A stretch of DNA of 64,000 nucleotides, taken from positions 315,580,001-315,644,000 of the forward strand of contig OZ024743.1 in assembly GCA_964016885.1 (NCBI GenBank), in the 5' to 3' direction. Source of the stretch: Eledone cirrhosa (taxonomy: Eukaryota). The notes below the pieces were generated by a model, which saw nothing but the letters and a program-made list of their open reading frames with translations, searched no databases and was not told the origin of the DNA. Position numbers and translations under genes: made by a program. Below, in pieces: positions 24,501-37,196 of the stretch (positions are counted from its first letter, which is position 1; every line of letters starts with the position of its first letter).

Positions 24501-26900
24501 TCTAGATGTTCCGCTGAGGATTGTTCATGTCCACTGTGGCGCAGTCGGGAAATCTAGTCTATACCTATCGGCCAACTGGAAATGGCCGATTAAATTTTTG
24601 AGGCTGTTGCAGCCCCCTCTACTGAGAGATGTTCCTACATAGTCCCATCGTGCGTCTAGGATAACATTCCAGTCCCCCACTCAAAGCAAGGAGCGAGACG
24701 TTCCCAGAAAAGACTCTAGACGCTTAAAGAAGTCTGGCCGCGATTGCCCAGTCGGGGCATAAACGGCCACCAGTCTTAAGGCTCCACCTCCAACACTGTT
24801 CACGTCTAGGACTACCAGTCTACCCTCCGGGTCCAAGTGTACTTGCTGTATTTCGAGGTTCAGTTTTTTCGAAACATGACAGCCACTCCCCCTCCACCTC
24901 CTGGCTGACAGAGAGATGCGTAGATCTCAAAGTCATTGAAGATGGGGGTTAGTTGCAGCCTGTTGTGGATCCTGGACTCGCTGATGGCTATCACATCCAT
25001 ATCGTGTGACCTAAGGTCGTTTAAAATTGGCCGTTTCCAGGGCATCCCTAGGCCACGCACATCCACACTTCCAACTCGTAAATTAGCCATGTTGGTGGAG
25101 AAGAGTTGGCGAAAAGGACGAACAGATGCACTTAACTTTTCGTTTCCTGGAGATTGGGTTGTTCAATCTCCACTTGGGTGTTGCTGGGGTGTTGGGTGGG
25201 GTTGGGAAACGTTTCAATAGGACGCGGTTTATGGGTTTTGGCAGGGGTTTCCGACGTCCTGCGAAAATTGTTCCTTTAGTTTCTGGTAGGTTTCCATCGA
25301 AACCCCTATTAATTTAGGTGTGCTGTAGAATCTGACTTGACAAAGATTTCCCCTCAGTTTCTACTTTGGGGTCTTGGGAGATGACCTCCATCAGGATTTT
25401 GTTGTTTGTGTTAATGTATGTGTATTGTTGTTTGTTTGTTTTTTTGTTGTGTTGTCTTGGTTTTTTGTTCATTTTGTAGTTTTCTTTTTCTTGTGGGCAT
25501 TTGTATTTGAGGTTATGTTGGTGTTTGTTTTGCAGGTAGGGGGAGGGTGATTGTGGTGGTGCCTGTGTTGTTGTTTGTGTTGGTGTTTGTGTTGGCGATT
25601 GGTGTTTTTTTTTTTGGCTTGCGGTGTCTCTTTTTTTTGTTTTTTTATTTTCGAGGCTCTCCTTCATCTTCACTTGGGGATAGAGAAGTAGCCTCGTCTG
25701 ACGATGAATCGTCATCAGGGGCGTGTGGGAGCGGTATGTTGTGTGGTGATTGTGGTAGTGTTGGGTGGAGTGGGATGGGTGGGACTGTGTTTTTCAGGGG
25801 AATAGTTTGTGTTTTTCTATTGTTTGTGGTTGAGCAGTTGTTTGTTTTTGTGTGTTTGCTTGTTTTGCGTGTTGTTGTTGTTGTGGTTTTTGTTTTGTTG
25901 TTGGTAAAAGTACATTTTAGGGGGGTTGGTGTTTGTTCGTAAGAGGGGTACAGGAGGCCTTTAAATGTGATTGCTGCGCATCTAAAACAATGTGGCCTCC
26001 CTCCTTCTGCTGAAATGTGTATATAGTGTGTATTGTCTACTGGCACTCTTTCTGGTATCTTGGAAATTCTGTCCGGTTTCATTTGGACCAAAATGTCCAA
26101 GCTTGTGCCGTTCCAGGTGTTTCTTGTAGATTTTTGAATCGACAGTATTGTGTCTTCATCCTCCTCCAAGTACCCTGCCAGAATCCACCAGATGTTAATG
26201 TTGGGTGGTATGTTGGAAATGTTTATTTTTTGTGTCCTTTTCCCCATGTATGTAGAGAAAAAGTGTGTGTGGCAGAGGTGACCGGGGTCACTGATTATTT
26301 TTTCGCAAGGGCCTCACTTTTGAAGAGTACCGAAATGCTTCCATATAGTTTAGCCCTTTGTATGAAGTGTATGTGTGGCATTGCCTCTTTCAAGACGATT
26401 TCAATTTGGCCTTGAGTAAGGAAAGTCGTTTTTTTTTGTGTGTTCGAAATCGTGCGAAAAATCACAGTCCTTCGAATTGTGTCGGCTTTGTGGCGGAGAG
26501 GTGATTTTAAATCCTCCCTTTTCCTCGTAGGTAACATATTTTTTCCCTTCATTGATCATTTCCTTCGCATTGGAAATATCGATATTTGTAAAACTTAATT
26601 TGCTTATTGTGGCAAAAGATTTTTTATGATTGCTGTTGTTGTTGTTGTCATTGTTGTCATTGTTGTTGTTGTTGTTTTTGTTGTCTCAATTGCTTGATTT
26701 GTGGTTGTGGAGTTCATTTGTGAAGTGTTTTTTTCTTGTTCAATATTTTTTTGTGTCGTTTGTGTTTCCATACTTTTTTTTCATATGATTTTTCTAGGTC
26801 ACTATTCCCTGTTGTCATAGTGATATTCATTTCAACTCTCCCATTTCCACCTACGGCGGGAAACACTTCAATTTTATGATTCATAATTAAAAAAACAATT
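21571..26900 (-). mobile_element. Degenerate, roughly full-length Tx1-like retrotransposon, copy B
   Basis: ORF2 fragments 21815-25090 (MANLRVGS.., SDH, FFDAKHEGC, DQSKAFDRVDH, CSRC..H..HC) and ORF1 fragments 25314-26552 (GGRPHCFRC, LYGSISVL); many indels; 5' boundary approximate; (GATA)n at both ends. Confidence 0.92.
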
Positions 26901-26984
26901 CCTTATAAATTCTTTTTAAATTAAATTTTCGCCTCTGATGGGCGAAAAATTCAATGACCCACCCACTGACAATTCAGTCGGCAG

Positions 26985-27001
26985 ACAGATAGACTGACAG
27001 G

Positions 27002-27082
<81 letters not shown>
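26985..27082. repeat. (GATA)n microsatellite
   Basis: About 20 perfect GATA units between copies B and C. Confidence 0.95.
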
Positions 27083-27083
<1 letters not shown>

Positions 27084-27384
27084 TCTTTCTTTATTTGCCA
27101 CAGGGGCGTACAAAAATGGGACATTACAAGACGTGACGGCGGGGGTTTTACATAAAATCTTTAACAATGATAAATAACCATAAACTATATAAAAATTAAA
27201 CAATTGAAATCCCCATTAGGGGAGGGGTAACGCTACTGCGGGGTTGTTTTACACCCCGTGGATAGAACAACCTTCAACACCAAGAACAGGTTTTGTAGGT
27301 GTTCCCATCTTCCCTCTGTTAATCTTCCTCAACATACAGGTTTATATACAGAGAAAGCCCATTCACCCGGGTCATTTTCGCCCA
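27083..27384 (-). mobile_element. 5'-truncated Tx1-like copy C (~300 bp)
   Basis: AKMTRVNGLSLYINL (ORF2 end) plus 3' tail GCCCCTGTGGCAAATAAAGAAA; GATA repeats on both sides. Confidence 0.88.
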
Positions 27385-27396
27385 GATAGATAGATA

Positions 27397-27820
27397 AATT
27401 TCTTTATTAGCCACAAGGGCACAAAAGAAGGGGACAAATACAAATGGGGAGTTTACATACAGGTATATGAAAATAAAACTATTAATACAATAACAAATAA
27501 CAATTGAAATCTCCAATAGGGGGGAGGTGTTACACAGGGGTTGTACACACCCCGAAAAAATGTACAACCCTCATCTCCAGGAGCACCAAGAGTGAGTACT
27601 CCCTTCCTCTCTTCCTCTTTTTCCTCAACCTACAGGCTTATAGAGAGAGAAGGCCCAACCTCTCGGGCCATCTTTGCCACATTCACCCACCTTTTATAAA
27701 ATTTGCTGGGGTACAGCACCTCTCTCTCCATCCTGATTCTTCTTCCAAAATGATATTTGAAAAAACGAATCAGTTGTTCGCCGGAGAGAAAGGGGTCTGA
27801 CCTCAGCCCTTTTAAGCCCA
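27397..27820 (-). mobile_element. 5'-truncated Tx1-like copy D (~420 bp)
   Basis: Homologous to 15841-16260; flanked by GATAGATAGATA (27385-27396) and GATAGATAGATAGACAGATA (27821-27840). Confidence 0.88.
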
Positions 27821-27944
27821 GATAGATAGATAGACAGATATGTATAGCTTGTTATTTCATATCACAGTTCATCTTATCAACTAAACATACAATCAGGTCC
27901 CCACCACCACCATCATCACAACACTACCACACGGATGCGCCCAC

Positions 27945-28195
27945 GCTGATACTGCTGTTGCTGATACTGCTGTTGCTGATACTGCTGTTGCTGATACTGC
28001 TGATGTTACTGCTGCTGGTGTTGGTGATACCGTTGCTGTTGTTGCCGCTTTCGTTAATGCTACTGATGTTGCTATTGCTGCTTCTGTTGTCACTGTTGCT
28101 GGTGTAACTGCTGCTACCACTAGTGTTGATGCTATTACTACTACTGTTGATGCTGCTGGTATACTCAGTTTTGCTGCTATTGCTGTTGCTGCATT
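27945..28195. repeat. GCT/GTT/GAT low-complexity tract with 15-bp units (GCTGATACTGCTGTT)
   Basis: Visible tandem units. Confidence 0.8.
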
Positions 28196-28716
28196 TTAAC
28201 CAAGCTTCGACATATTAAACAAATATACCAGACCATTCTATCCAATGGTTGTTTGGTTGACCAGCTCCCAACGTCTCGGGCCTATGTGTAATAAATATAT
28301 ATAATGGTAGAACCTCTCCCGTATTTGATTGATCTGCTCACATTATCTTGTGTCCTACGTTAATCCCTTATAATATATATTTAAAATAGTAGAGCCTCTT
28401 CCGTATAAGGTTGACCTACTCCTAACATTTTTGACATTTTGTTAAGCACTCAAAATAAATATTTTAAAAAGATATCAGAATAATTAAAATTCAAACTGAT
28501 TCCATGGTCTTATGTGATCAAGGCCCGCAAGAGATCAAAGACATTTCCTTCTCTGGTATAAATGAAGGAGTATATATCATTCACACAAGGTAATGGCATG
28601 CTAGGGTCGAGCTTTCCCCAGACCAGACAATATGCATCACATTTTCACAACTACAATCTCTATCCATCACTCTATATTTTTTTATCTATCAACCTATCTA
28701 TGTATCTATCTACATA

Positions 28717-29078
28717 TAGTGTTCCACCGGCATTCGCGGTCCCGACATTCCCTGTTCCAGTTATTCGCGGATTGTTCCTTAGAACTAATAATTATTCGTG
28801 GAAACCACCGCATATTTGTGGAATCGTAAATATCTTCCTCGGTCTTTTATTGCTATTTTGTGGCAATATATATTTTTTAACGCTCAGTTATTAATAACAA
28901 TATACCGTATTTGCCGGCCTATTGCACGCCCCTTCGCATAAGACACTCCCTCTTTTTATATTGTTTTACGTTATATTTTCATGTTTATAGGCGTATTCAT
29001 GGACCACGTCCAATATTCGCAGTTTTGCGCTTGTCGCGGGTGCTCTAGGAACGTAACACCGCGAATACCGGGGTACTA

Positions 29079-29081
<3 letters not shown>
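28717..29081. mobile_element. pogo/Tigger-like MITE
   Basis: Imperfect ~24-bp TIRs TAGTGTTCCACCGGCATTCGCGGT vs CAGTAGTACCCCGGTATTCGCGGT; TA flanks. Confidence 0.65.
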
Positions 29082-29147
<66 letters not shown>

Positions 29148-29201
29148 AGGTATAAACCCGACCGCGGCGCCAATCGGTTTCGGCTTCTGAAATTTCTTGT
29201 T

Positions 29202-29400
29202 TCCTATATAGCCTCACACTACCACACGTTATCTAAAGGTTCTCTGTCATCTCCACTCCATAACTCAACATATCATATATCCATACCCAGCTTCTCTCAT
29301 TGTTATTTATGATAGCTGGCACCAACTTCTACTGATAAAATTCTCATTCTTTATTTATTTTATTCAATTATTATCAGTATTGTTTGAGTTTTTCCTTTTC
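29202..29400 (+). repeat. Dispersed ~200-bp repeat (second copy at ~33741-33940)
   Basis: CCTATA(T/C)AGCCTCACAC..CACACGTTATCTAAAG...ATTCAATTATTATC is present twice; family unknown. Confidence 0.8.
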
Positions 29401-29737
29401 CTTCAGTTTTGTTACTATTTCTTGCCGAGTGTCTTCCTGACACCTGGGGCAGAGTAACTCACTGCATACAGTGGTGAGCCAGAAAATAAGTACACCAGAT
29501 TATTCACATTACACTGTTATAAGTATATAATTTGCTTTATACAGGTGTACATTATACAAATTATATTTATTATTATTTTTTTTATGATTTGAAACGTCCT
29601 TTGAGTTCTGCTTCTTTCCAAATCATTGCGAGTGTTAACCTAAGGCAAAATTTGATAATACACATATTTTACAATCAATTGTCACACAAAGATGCCACAA
29701 GGGCACAAACAACAGTAAATGTCCTAGCAAAGTTTTT

Positions 29738-30060
29738 TTAATTGATAATGCTCTTCTTAGGACATGGGCAGTACCAGTAAGCACTATTTTCTGTATCTCT
29801 TGCAGCGATGGCTTTCCAGGTATCTGGTTCAAATATTTTCCAGTACCCTTTTTTATCACAATTATATAAGATCTGTTGGCTTTGATTGCTCTGTCAGTAT
29901 TCACAGAGAAATGCTAGAGGTTTGTCGCGTTCTCAACTCCTGTTACTGCTTCTGGGTGATGGTTGCAGGATTTTCCTTGCATTTTCTGACCATAAAACCA
30001 CATTACTCAGTAGTGTAAGTATTGCCCCACTCTACCATAACTAGTTTTATATTCCTGGGG
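29738..30060 (-). mobile_element. R4/Dong-like non-LTR retrotransposon 3' fragment
   Basis: NTDRAIKANR...IKKGTGKYLNQIPGKPSLQEIQKIVLTGTAHVLRRALS, typical of RLE-type C-termini. Confidence 0.75.
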
Positions 30061-30092
30061 GGGGGGGGGGGCTAATACCTTCTTCTTGTTGT

Positions 30093-30142
<50 letters not shown>

Positions 30143-30189
30143 GTAGTAGTAGTAGTAACATTCGTAACGCTTTTGCTCTATTAGATGTT

Positions 30190-30435
30190 ATACCGACACT
30201 ATACCAAAAGAGCGAGCCACATCCAATGGCCACAGGCCCTTTGAGTCATTCCTTTTCCTTCAACATTCTAACTCCCCCCTTAGAATCCTTCCTGTTTTTA
30301 GCAAGGCTGTTTTCTGCAACAGCCCTGTCATGATGGTAATTCATAGCTTCTCAAGCCATGCATCTAACCATTTACTGACTGTTCCCAGTGCGCCAACCAC
30401 AATCGGTACCACTTCTACGTGTATGATTCTCCATA
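30190..30435 (-). mobile_element. Second R4/Dong-like 3' fragment
   Basis: VEVVPIVVGALGTVSKWLDAWLEKL...LLQKTALLKTGRILR; adjacent (CTA)n/(TAG)n tract. Confidence 0.7.
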
Positions 30436-30453
30436 TATATTCATATCCATATA

Positions 30454-30495
<42 letters not shown>

Positions 30496-30499
30496 TATT

Positions 30500-30540
<41 letters not shown>

Positions 30541-30544
<4 letters not shown>

Positions 30545-32544
30545 TTGAGAGGTTTTTTATATGAAATCGTGTGTCGAAACAAATATTGTTATACTTGGGG
30601 AGGGTCATATTTATGTAATATTGCCAGAATTAATAACAGAACACACTCATTGTTTGGTTGGTTTTCACTTTTCGCTTTTGTGTCTTTTATATCGGTAATC
30701 TAATTTATTCGGTCCTCAATGTTGCCATTGACTGACCGATGGTCAAAAATAATACAGATACAATATAGATACAAACATATATATAGTTTATCAAAGTTCT
30801 TTCGTTGCACATCTGCAACATCGTCAGTTGTGCTATTGTTTCCTCCCGTTACACTGTATGTCTACGCCATTTTTATTTAGTCTGTCTATATATTTATTTA
30901 TTTATTTGTTTATTTTATTTTGTCTTCTTTGCGCATGCGTTTGCGTGTGTGTATAGTGTTTTGTTTGATGTGTGTTCGTGATTGGGTGACTAGTGTGTGT
31001 TTATATGTGTTTGTTGTTATTGTGCTTGTGTATGAATTTATTTATTTATTTATCTATTTATTTATTTATTTATTTATTTATACTTCTCTTAGGTCAGTGT
31101 TGTTTGTTTGGGTGTTGTTGTTATTCCATTCATTCTTTCTATTTAGTCTTGGCCTTCTAAGTTCTATTTCACTGGCCTCTCTGATTTGCCTATCTGCTGG
31201 GTCATTTCTATGTTTAGATATTATTCTAATTTCTATGTTGTCTATGTTACCGTTGTGTTGTTGTCTGGCATGTTCGTATAGTACTGACCCGTTCTTTCGA
31301 CCCCAGTGTTGGTCTATCCTTTAACCTATGCTACGAGCTGTCTCGCCTATGTATGTTGTTGTCATGTTTCTGCAAGTACCCTCTGTACATCTTATGCTAT
31401 AGACTACGTTTCTAGTTTTACAGTTTATCCGGGGGTTTACCTTACATATGATACATTTCCTATTGGTACAGTGGGTTTTCTTAAAAGGGTAGGTTTTGCT
31501 GATCAGGGATTTTATGGTGGCTCCTGGCTTTTCTACCACCTTAATCTTTAAGAGGGTCTTTCTCAGGGCCTTTCTACACTGGTTAGCTAATTTCCCTCCA
31601 GGGGTAGCGTCCACAAACATGACACGCTGGTATCTCTGGTTGTCGTACCATGAGGTGGCTTTCCCTATCTTATGTCTAGCCCTATCTAAGCTATTCCATA
31701 ATTTGCTCCTGTATAATGGGCAAATTCCTTTCATGTCCAGTTCTATGAGGGTCTTATACTTCTCCATGGCTCCTTCGTATACTCTGACTCTGTCTCTTTG
31801 GTTGTAGCCAGACAACTGCATACGGTTGATGAAGTGTTGGATGTGTCTTTCCATTTCTGTTGGGTTGCACATGCGGGACACATTCATCATCACTCGTACC
31901 AAATCTGCGAGCAGAATATTAAACTTAGCACTACTGGACATTGCTGAGTTTTTGAGTATCAGGTATTTGGAGGGCATGGGTTTAGCATAGTGTGAGTGGA
32001 GAATTTGGGCTCTCTCGTCTATAGTGTTAATTCAGAGTTCCGTGTCCAATACAGGTAGTCTATTGTTAGGGTGTTTGGAAGAGAAGTCGATAGTTACAGT
32101 TATACTCTGGTGTATGGAATTAGCTATGTGCTGGATGCTTTCCATTGTGCTACATTCTAAATCAAACTTGTTAGTACTCTCTAGTGGGGATGTTCTTATA
32201 ACTATATTGATATCGTCTACGTAACGACAGTACATGATGAGGTCTATGGAGCTCTCATTAAGGAGATCTTTAAGTCTCCTTTCCCACCATACCATGAAAA
32301 GGTTGGCAACATCACCAGCTATGCTGACGCCAATGGCGGCTCCCTCATTTCGGTCAGTCAATGGCAACATTGAGGACCGAATAAAGTAGATTACCGATAT
32401 AAAAAACACAGAAGCGAAAAGCGAAAACTAACCAAACAGTGAGTGTGTTCTGTTATTAATTCTGGCAATATTACACAAATATGACCCTCCCCAAGTATAA
32501 CAATATTTGTTTCGACACACGATTTCATATAAAAAACCTCGCAA

Positions 32545-32548
<4 letters not shown>
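30541..32548 (-). mobile_element. 5'-truncated Penelope-like element with inverted pseudo-LTR
   Basis: RT GAAIGVSIAGDVANLFM, RYVDDI, LPVLD; GIY-YIG CKTRNVVYSIRC..YIGETARS; ~200-bp inverted repeat 30541-30739 / 32350-32548; (TA)n flanks. Confidence 0.92.
30790..30832 (-). ncRNA. Minimal hammerhead ribozyme in the PLE 3' region (probably decayed)
   Basis: Minus strand: CAA-CTGACGA-TGTTGCA-GATG-TGCAAC-GAAAG-AACTTTG; strong stem II, imperfect stems I and III. Confidence 0.6.
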
Positions 32549-32584
<36 letters not shown>

Positions 32585-33165
32585 AGTAATAATAATAAAA
32601 TTGAAGACTAAAATCCAAAGAGGGCTCGATAAGGAAAATATATATCAAATATATAAGAACCGTGGAGCAAATATTTATTAAAATAACAGATTAAAGTTTA
32701 AGCAGAGAATAGCTGCTTTCACCCTTAACGGGATCTTCTGAAACTAAAAAAGTCAATCTGTAAACGCAGAACTGGATATTTCAAAAAACGTTGCAACCGG
32801 AGGAAGACAGGAAGACGATACTTTGGTTCGTGGTAACGTTCGCTGGCAAAGACAAAGGGGGTAAATATATAGAAAAATAATGATTTCTTTCATTTCTTTT
32901 TCTATATATTTACCCCATATTGTTTTACTTATTGTTTCGACTTCCTCCCCCTCCTCTCCTCCTAGTATCTTCTTTGACCTCCTGCCCAGCTGTAGTTGGC
33001 ACTATCAACGCAGGACTGGGTTTCCTCCACCACCTCTCCCTCTTTCTTCTACTGGCAGGTTCAGCTACCCCTTCCCACCACAAATTGCCATGATAGAATT
33101 ATTATGTCTCAACAACAAACTTTTGACCAATCCTTGTGACAATCACTTTTACCATATATGGAATT

Positions 33166-33261
33166 ACCCCTCGAGAAGCTCGGCTATTCAAATACCAGGA
33201 TAAAAATGTTCATTTAGTCCAGAATTAGCCGTCGAAACGGCTTGAGCTCAGCCGTCGGGGT
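33166..33261 (+). ncRNA. Degenerate hammerhead-like motif (3' half repeated at ~44526-44553)
   Basis: ACCCC...CGGCTATTC..GAATTAGCCG-TC-GAAACGGC-TTGAGCTCA-GCCGTC-GGGGT; stems I-III pair but the CUGANGA box is mutated. Confidence 0.5.
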
Positions 33262-33273
33262 CCTACTCGTTCC

Positions 33274-33686
<413 letters not shown>

Positions 33687-34111
33687 CATTCTCCTCCCTT
33701 CCCACCTTCCCATTCAATTCCCCCCATTGCACTTTTGTTTCCTATACAGCCTCACACCACCACACGTTATCTAAAGCTTCTCTGTCATCTCCACTCTATA
33801 ACTCAACATATCATATAGCCATACCCAGCTTCTCCCATTGTTATTTATTATAGCTGCCACCATTCTTCTACTGATAAAATTCTCATTCTTTATTTATTTT
33901 ATTCAATTATTATCATTATTGTTGTTATGGGGTTTTTCCTTTGTTTCCTTTTTTTTTTTGTTACATTATTTGTTTTCGTTTCTTTTTTTACACGCAGAAG
34001 CCCATATTTGTACCGTCCTGAACCGTCCTGCATCGCTCTGTGCCGTCTTTAATGTAGTTTTTGTAAACCCTTTGTGTTTAAAGAAATCATTATTATTTTA
34101 GTAGTAGTAGT

Positions 34112-34764
34112 GCGACGAAACTATTCTGCACGCACTCGTCTAGTGTCCGTGCATAACTGACTTGCGGAGTTATGTCGAACAGCTGTTTTCGCGTGTAGAA
34201 CGGATCCGGCTATCGACCGAGTCCATAGTGAAGATCGACCCGCCGCATTCTGTTTGCCAGGAAGGGCAGGCAATTTTCCTCTGTCTGGTGGCAGTAGCGA
34301 AAGAGGTTGTATGGTGGAGCTGGTTGAAAGGACTCAAGACACACAATTATCTCTTTGGCCAATCTCTCATCAACCTTTTCAAGTTTCACTTGGAAAGGAT
34401 GGTGAGGCGGGGAGAGAGAAGTGCTGCACCCCAGTACATTTGCTGAAAGGTGGGTGAATGTGGCGAGAATGGCCCGTGTGAGTGGGCCTACTCTGATCAT
34501 GCGCCTGTAGGTGGGTAAATGTGAGGAGGAGAGGGGTGCCTTTCCCGGGTGCTCTCGAAGCGTCGGGTCGTTCAGGATTGGTGGCGTACCTGAGTGAACC
34601 CTGGGTGGTCATACCCCCTATTGGGGAATTTTCCATGTTGTATTTTTATTGTAATTTTGTTATTGTTACTTATATTCTTTACACGTTGTATATGTAAACC
34701 ACCACTGTCCCTGCCTTTTGTATTGTCTCCTATATGTCAGCCCTTGTGGCCAATAAATGAAACT
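34112..34764 (+). mobile_element. 5'-truncated Tx1-like copy E in a (TAT)/(TAG)n site
   Basis: DETILHALV, LRSYVEQLFSRVERIRLSTESIVKIDPP, VAKEVVWW; tail GCCCTTGTGGCCAATAAATGAAAC; TATTATTT(T)AGTAGTAGTAGT on both flanks (TSD-like). Confidence 0.88.
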
Positions 34765-34770
34765 ATTATT

Positions 34771-34828
<58 letters not shown>

Positions 34829-34840
34829 TGCTGTTATTGT

Positions 34841-35070
34841 TGTGGATTAGCAGAATCATTAGAGAATCGGACAAAATGCTCGGCGGCATTTGTTCTGGCT
34901 CTTTGTGTACTGAGTTCAAATCCCATCATGGTCCACTTTTCCTTTCATACTTCCCGAGTCGATAAAATAAAGTATCATTGAAGACCTGGGGGTGGTGTCA
35001 TTGATTTATCCGCCACTCCACCTACAGCGAATTACTGGCATTCTACCTAAACCTGCAATGCTTATTGTTA
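34841..35070 (+). mobile_element. Degenerate tRNA-derived SINE (4691 family)
   Basis: GCAGAATCATTAG..GAGTTCAAATCC..CCTTTCAT..GTCGATAAAATAAAGTA. Confidence 0.75.
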
Positions 35071-35239
35071 TTCCCATAATCAAACACCCCATCAAATATT
35101 AGCATTCAAAAAACATTCATTTACCAAGCATCCATTAAGCCATACCAGCCAACTCTACTCGTATTTCTTCGACGCTAATCTATAAGGTATATCATTATAT
35201 ACTGTGTATATACATACAGACACATTCACACACACGCAC

Positions 35240-35321
<82 letters not shown>

Positions 35322-35383
35322 ATATATATATACACATATATATATGTATGTACATATATATATATACATATATATATACACAT

Positions 35384-35430
<47 letters not shown>

Positions 35431-35725
35431 TATGCATGTATACGTACATACATATATGTATACAGACGTACAGTAGCATGCACATATATATATATATATA
35501 CATATATATATACATATGCATACAGGTACACATACATATATGCACGTATCAGTTTAGCGGCGCTTATTATAACGTCGCTTTGTTCGTTTGTAAACAAACT
35601 GAACAGCCTGAATTGGTATGCCTGACCGATTTAACTCACTCAATATGCAAATTAGGCTGCTCAGCCGTTAATTTTCATAAGGAAAGTATATACTTTCGAA
35701 CGTTCAACTATCTGGCAGATGGGTA

Positions 35726-35774
35726 AACGGTGCTGATGATAGCTAGCTAACAAGCTTGAAACTAGTACATCGTT
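35726..35774 (+). ncRNA. Type I hammerhead ribozyme, unit 1
   Basis: AACGGTG-CTGATGA-TAGCT..AGCTT-GAAAC-TA-GTA-CATCGTT; 7-bp stem I, palindromic stem III ACTAGT; predicted cut after 35767. Confidence 0.88.
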
Positions 35775-36197
35775 CCTGTGTCAGTGTTGAACAAAAAGGT
35801 GACGTGGTTGCCTTAACACCGTATGGCATAAATTCAGGCTGTTCAGTTTGTTTACAAACGAACAAAGCGACGTTATAATAAGCGCCGCTAAACTGATACG
35901 TGCATATATGTATGTGTACCTGTATGCATATGTATATATGTATATATATATATATATGTGCATGCTACTGTACGTCTGTATACATATATGTATGTACGTA
36001 TACATGCATACTTACATTTAAGTAAGTGCCATACTAAGAGTGAGAAATGAAATTTCGTTTTCATTTTGTTTCAATTTATCCTTTTCGGTATGCCTGACCG
36101 ATTTAACTCACTCAATATGCAAATTAGGCTGCTCAGCCGTTAATTTTCATAAGGAAAGTATATACTTTCGAACGTTCAACTATCTGGCAGATGGGTA

Positions 36198-36246
36198 AAC
36201 GGTGCTGATGATAGCTAGCTAACAAGCTTGAAACTAGTACATCGTT
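36198..36246 (+). ncRNA. Type I hammerhead ribozyme, unit 2
   Basis: Identical to unit 1; predicted cut after 36239. Confidence 0.88.
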
Positions 36247-36675
36247 CCTGTGTCAGTGTTGAACAAAAAGGTGACGTGGTTGCCTTAACACCGTATGGCA
36301 TAAATTCAGGCTGTTCAGTTTGTTTACAAACGAACAAAGCGACGTTATAATAAGCGCCGCTAAACTGATACGTGCATATATGTATGTGTACCTGTATGCA
36401 TATGTATATATATATATGTATATATATATATAAATGTGCATGCTACTGTACGTCTGTATACATATATGTATGTACGTATACATGCATACTTACATTTAAG
36501 TAAGTGCCATACTAAGAGTGAGAAATGAAATTTCGTTTTCATTTTGTTTCAATTTATCCTTTTCGGTATGCCTGACCGATTTAACTCACTCAATATGCAA
36601 ATTAGGCTGCTCAGCCGTTAATTTTCATAAGGAAAGTATATACTTTCGAACGTTCAACTATCTGGCAGATGGGTA

Positions 36676-36724
36676 AACGGTGCTGATGATAGCTAGCTAA
36701 CAAGCTTGAAACTAGTACATCGTT
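36676..36724 (+). ncRNA. Type I hammerhead ribozyme, unit 3
   Basis: Identical to unit 1; predicted cut after 36717. Confidence 0.88.
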
Positions 36725-37151
36725 CCTGTGTCAGTGTTGAACAAAAAGGTGACGTGGTTGCCTTAACACCGTATGGCATAAATTCAGGCTGTTCAGTTTG
36801 TTTACAAACGAACAAAGCGACGTTATAATAAGCGCCGCTAAACTGATACGTGCATATATGTATGTGTACCTGTATGCATATGTATATATATATGTATATA
36901 TATATATATATGTGCATGCTACTGTACGTCTGTATACATATATGTATGTACGTATACATGCATACTTACATTTAAGTAAGTGCCATACTAAGAGTGAGAA
37001 ATGAAATTTCGTTTTCATTTTGTTTCAATTTATCCTTTTCGGTATGCCTGACCGATTTAACTCACTCAATATGCAAATTAGGCTGCTCAGCTGTTAATTT
37101 TCATAAGGAAAGTATATACTTTCGAACGTTCAACTATCTGGCAGATGGGTA

Positions 37152-37196
37152 AACGGTGCTGATGATAGCTAACAAGCTTGAAACTAGTACATCGTT
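37152..37196 (+). ncRNA. Type I hammerhead ribozyme, unit 4
   Basis: Stem II AGCT-AACA-AGCT, 4 nt shorter than in units 1-3; predicted cut after 37189. Confidence 0.88.
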
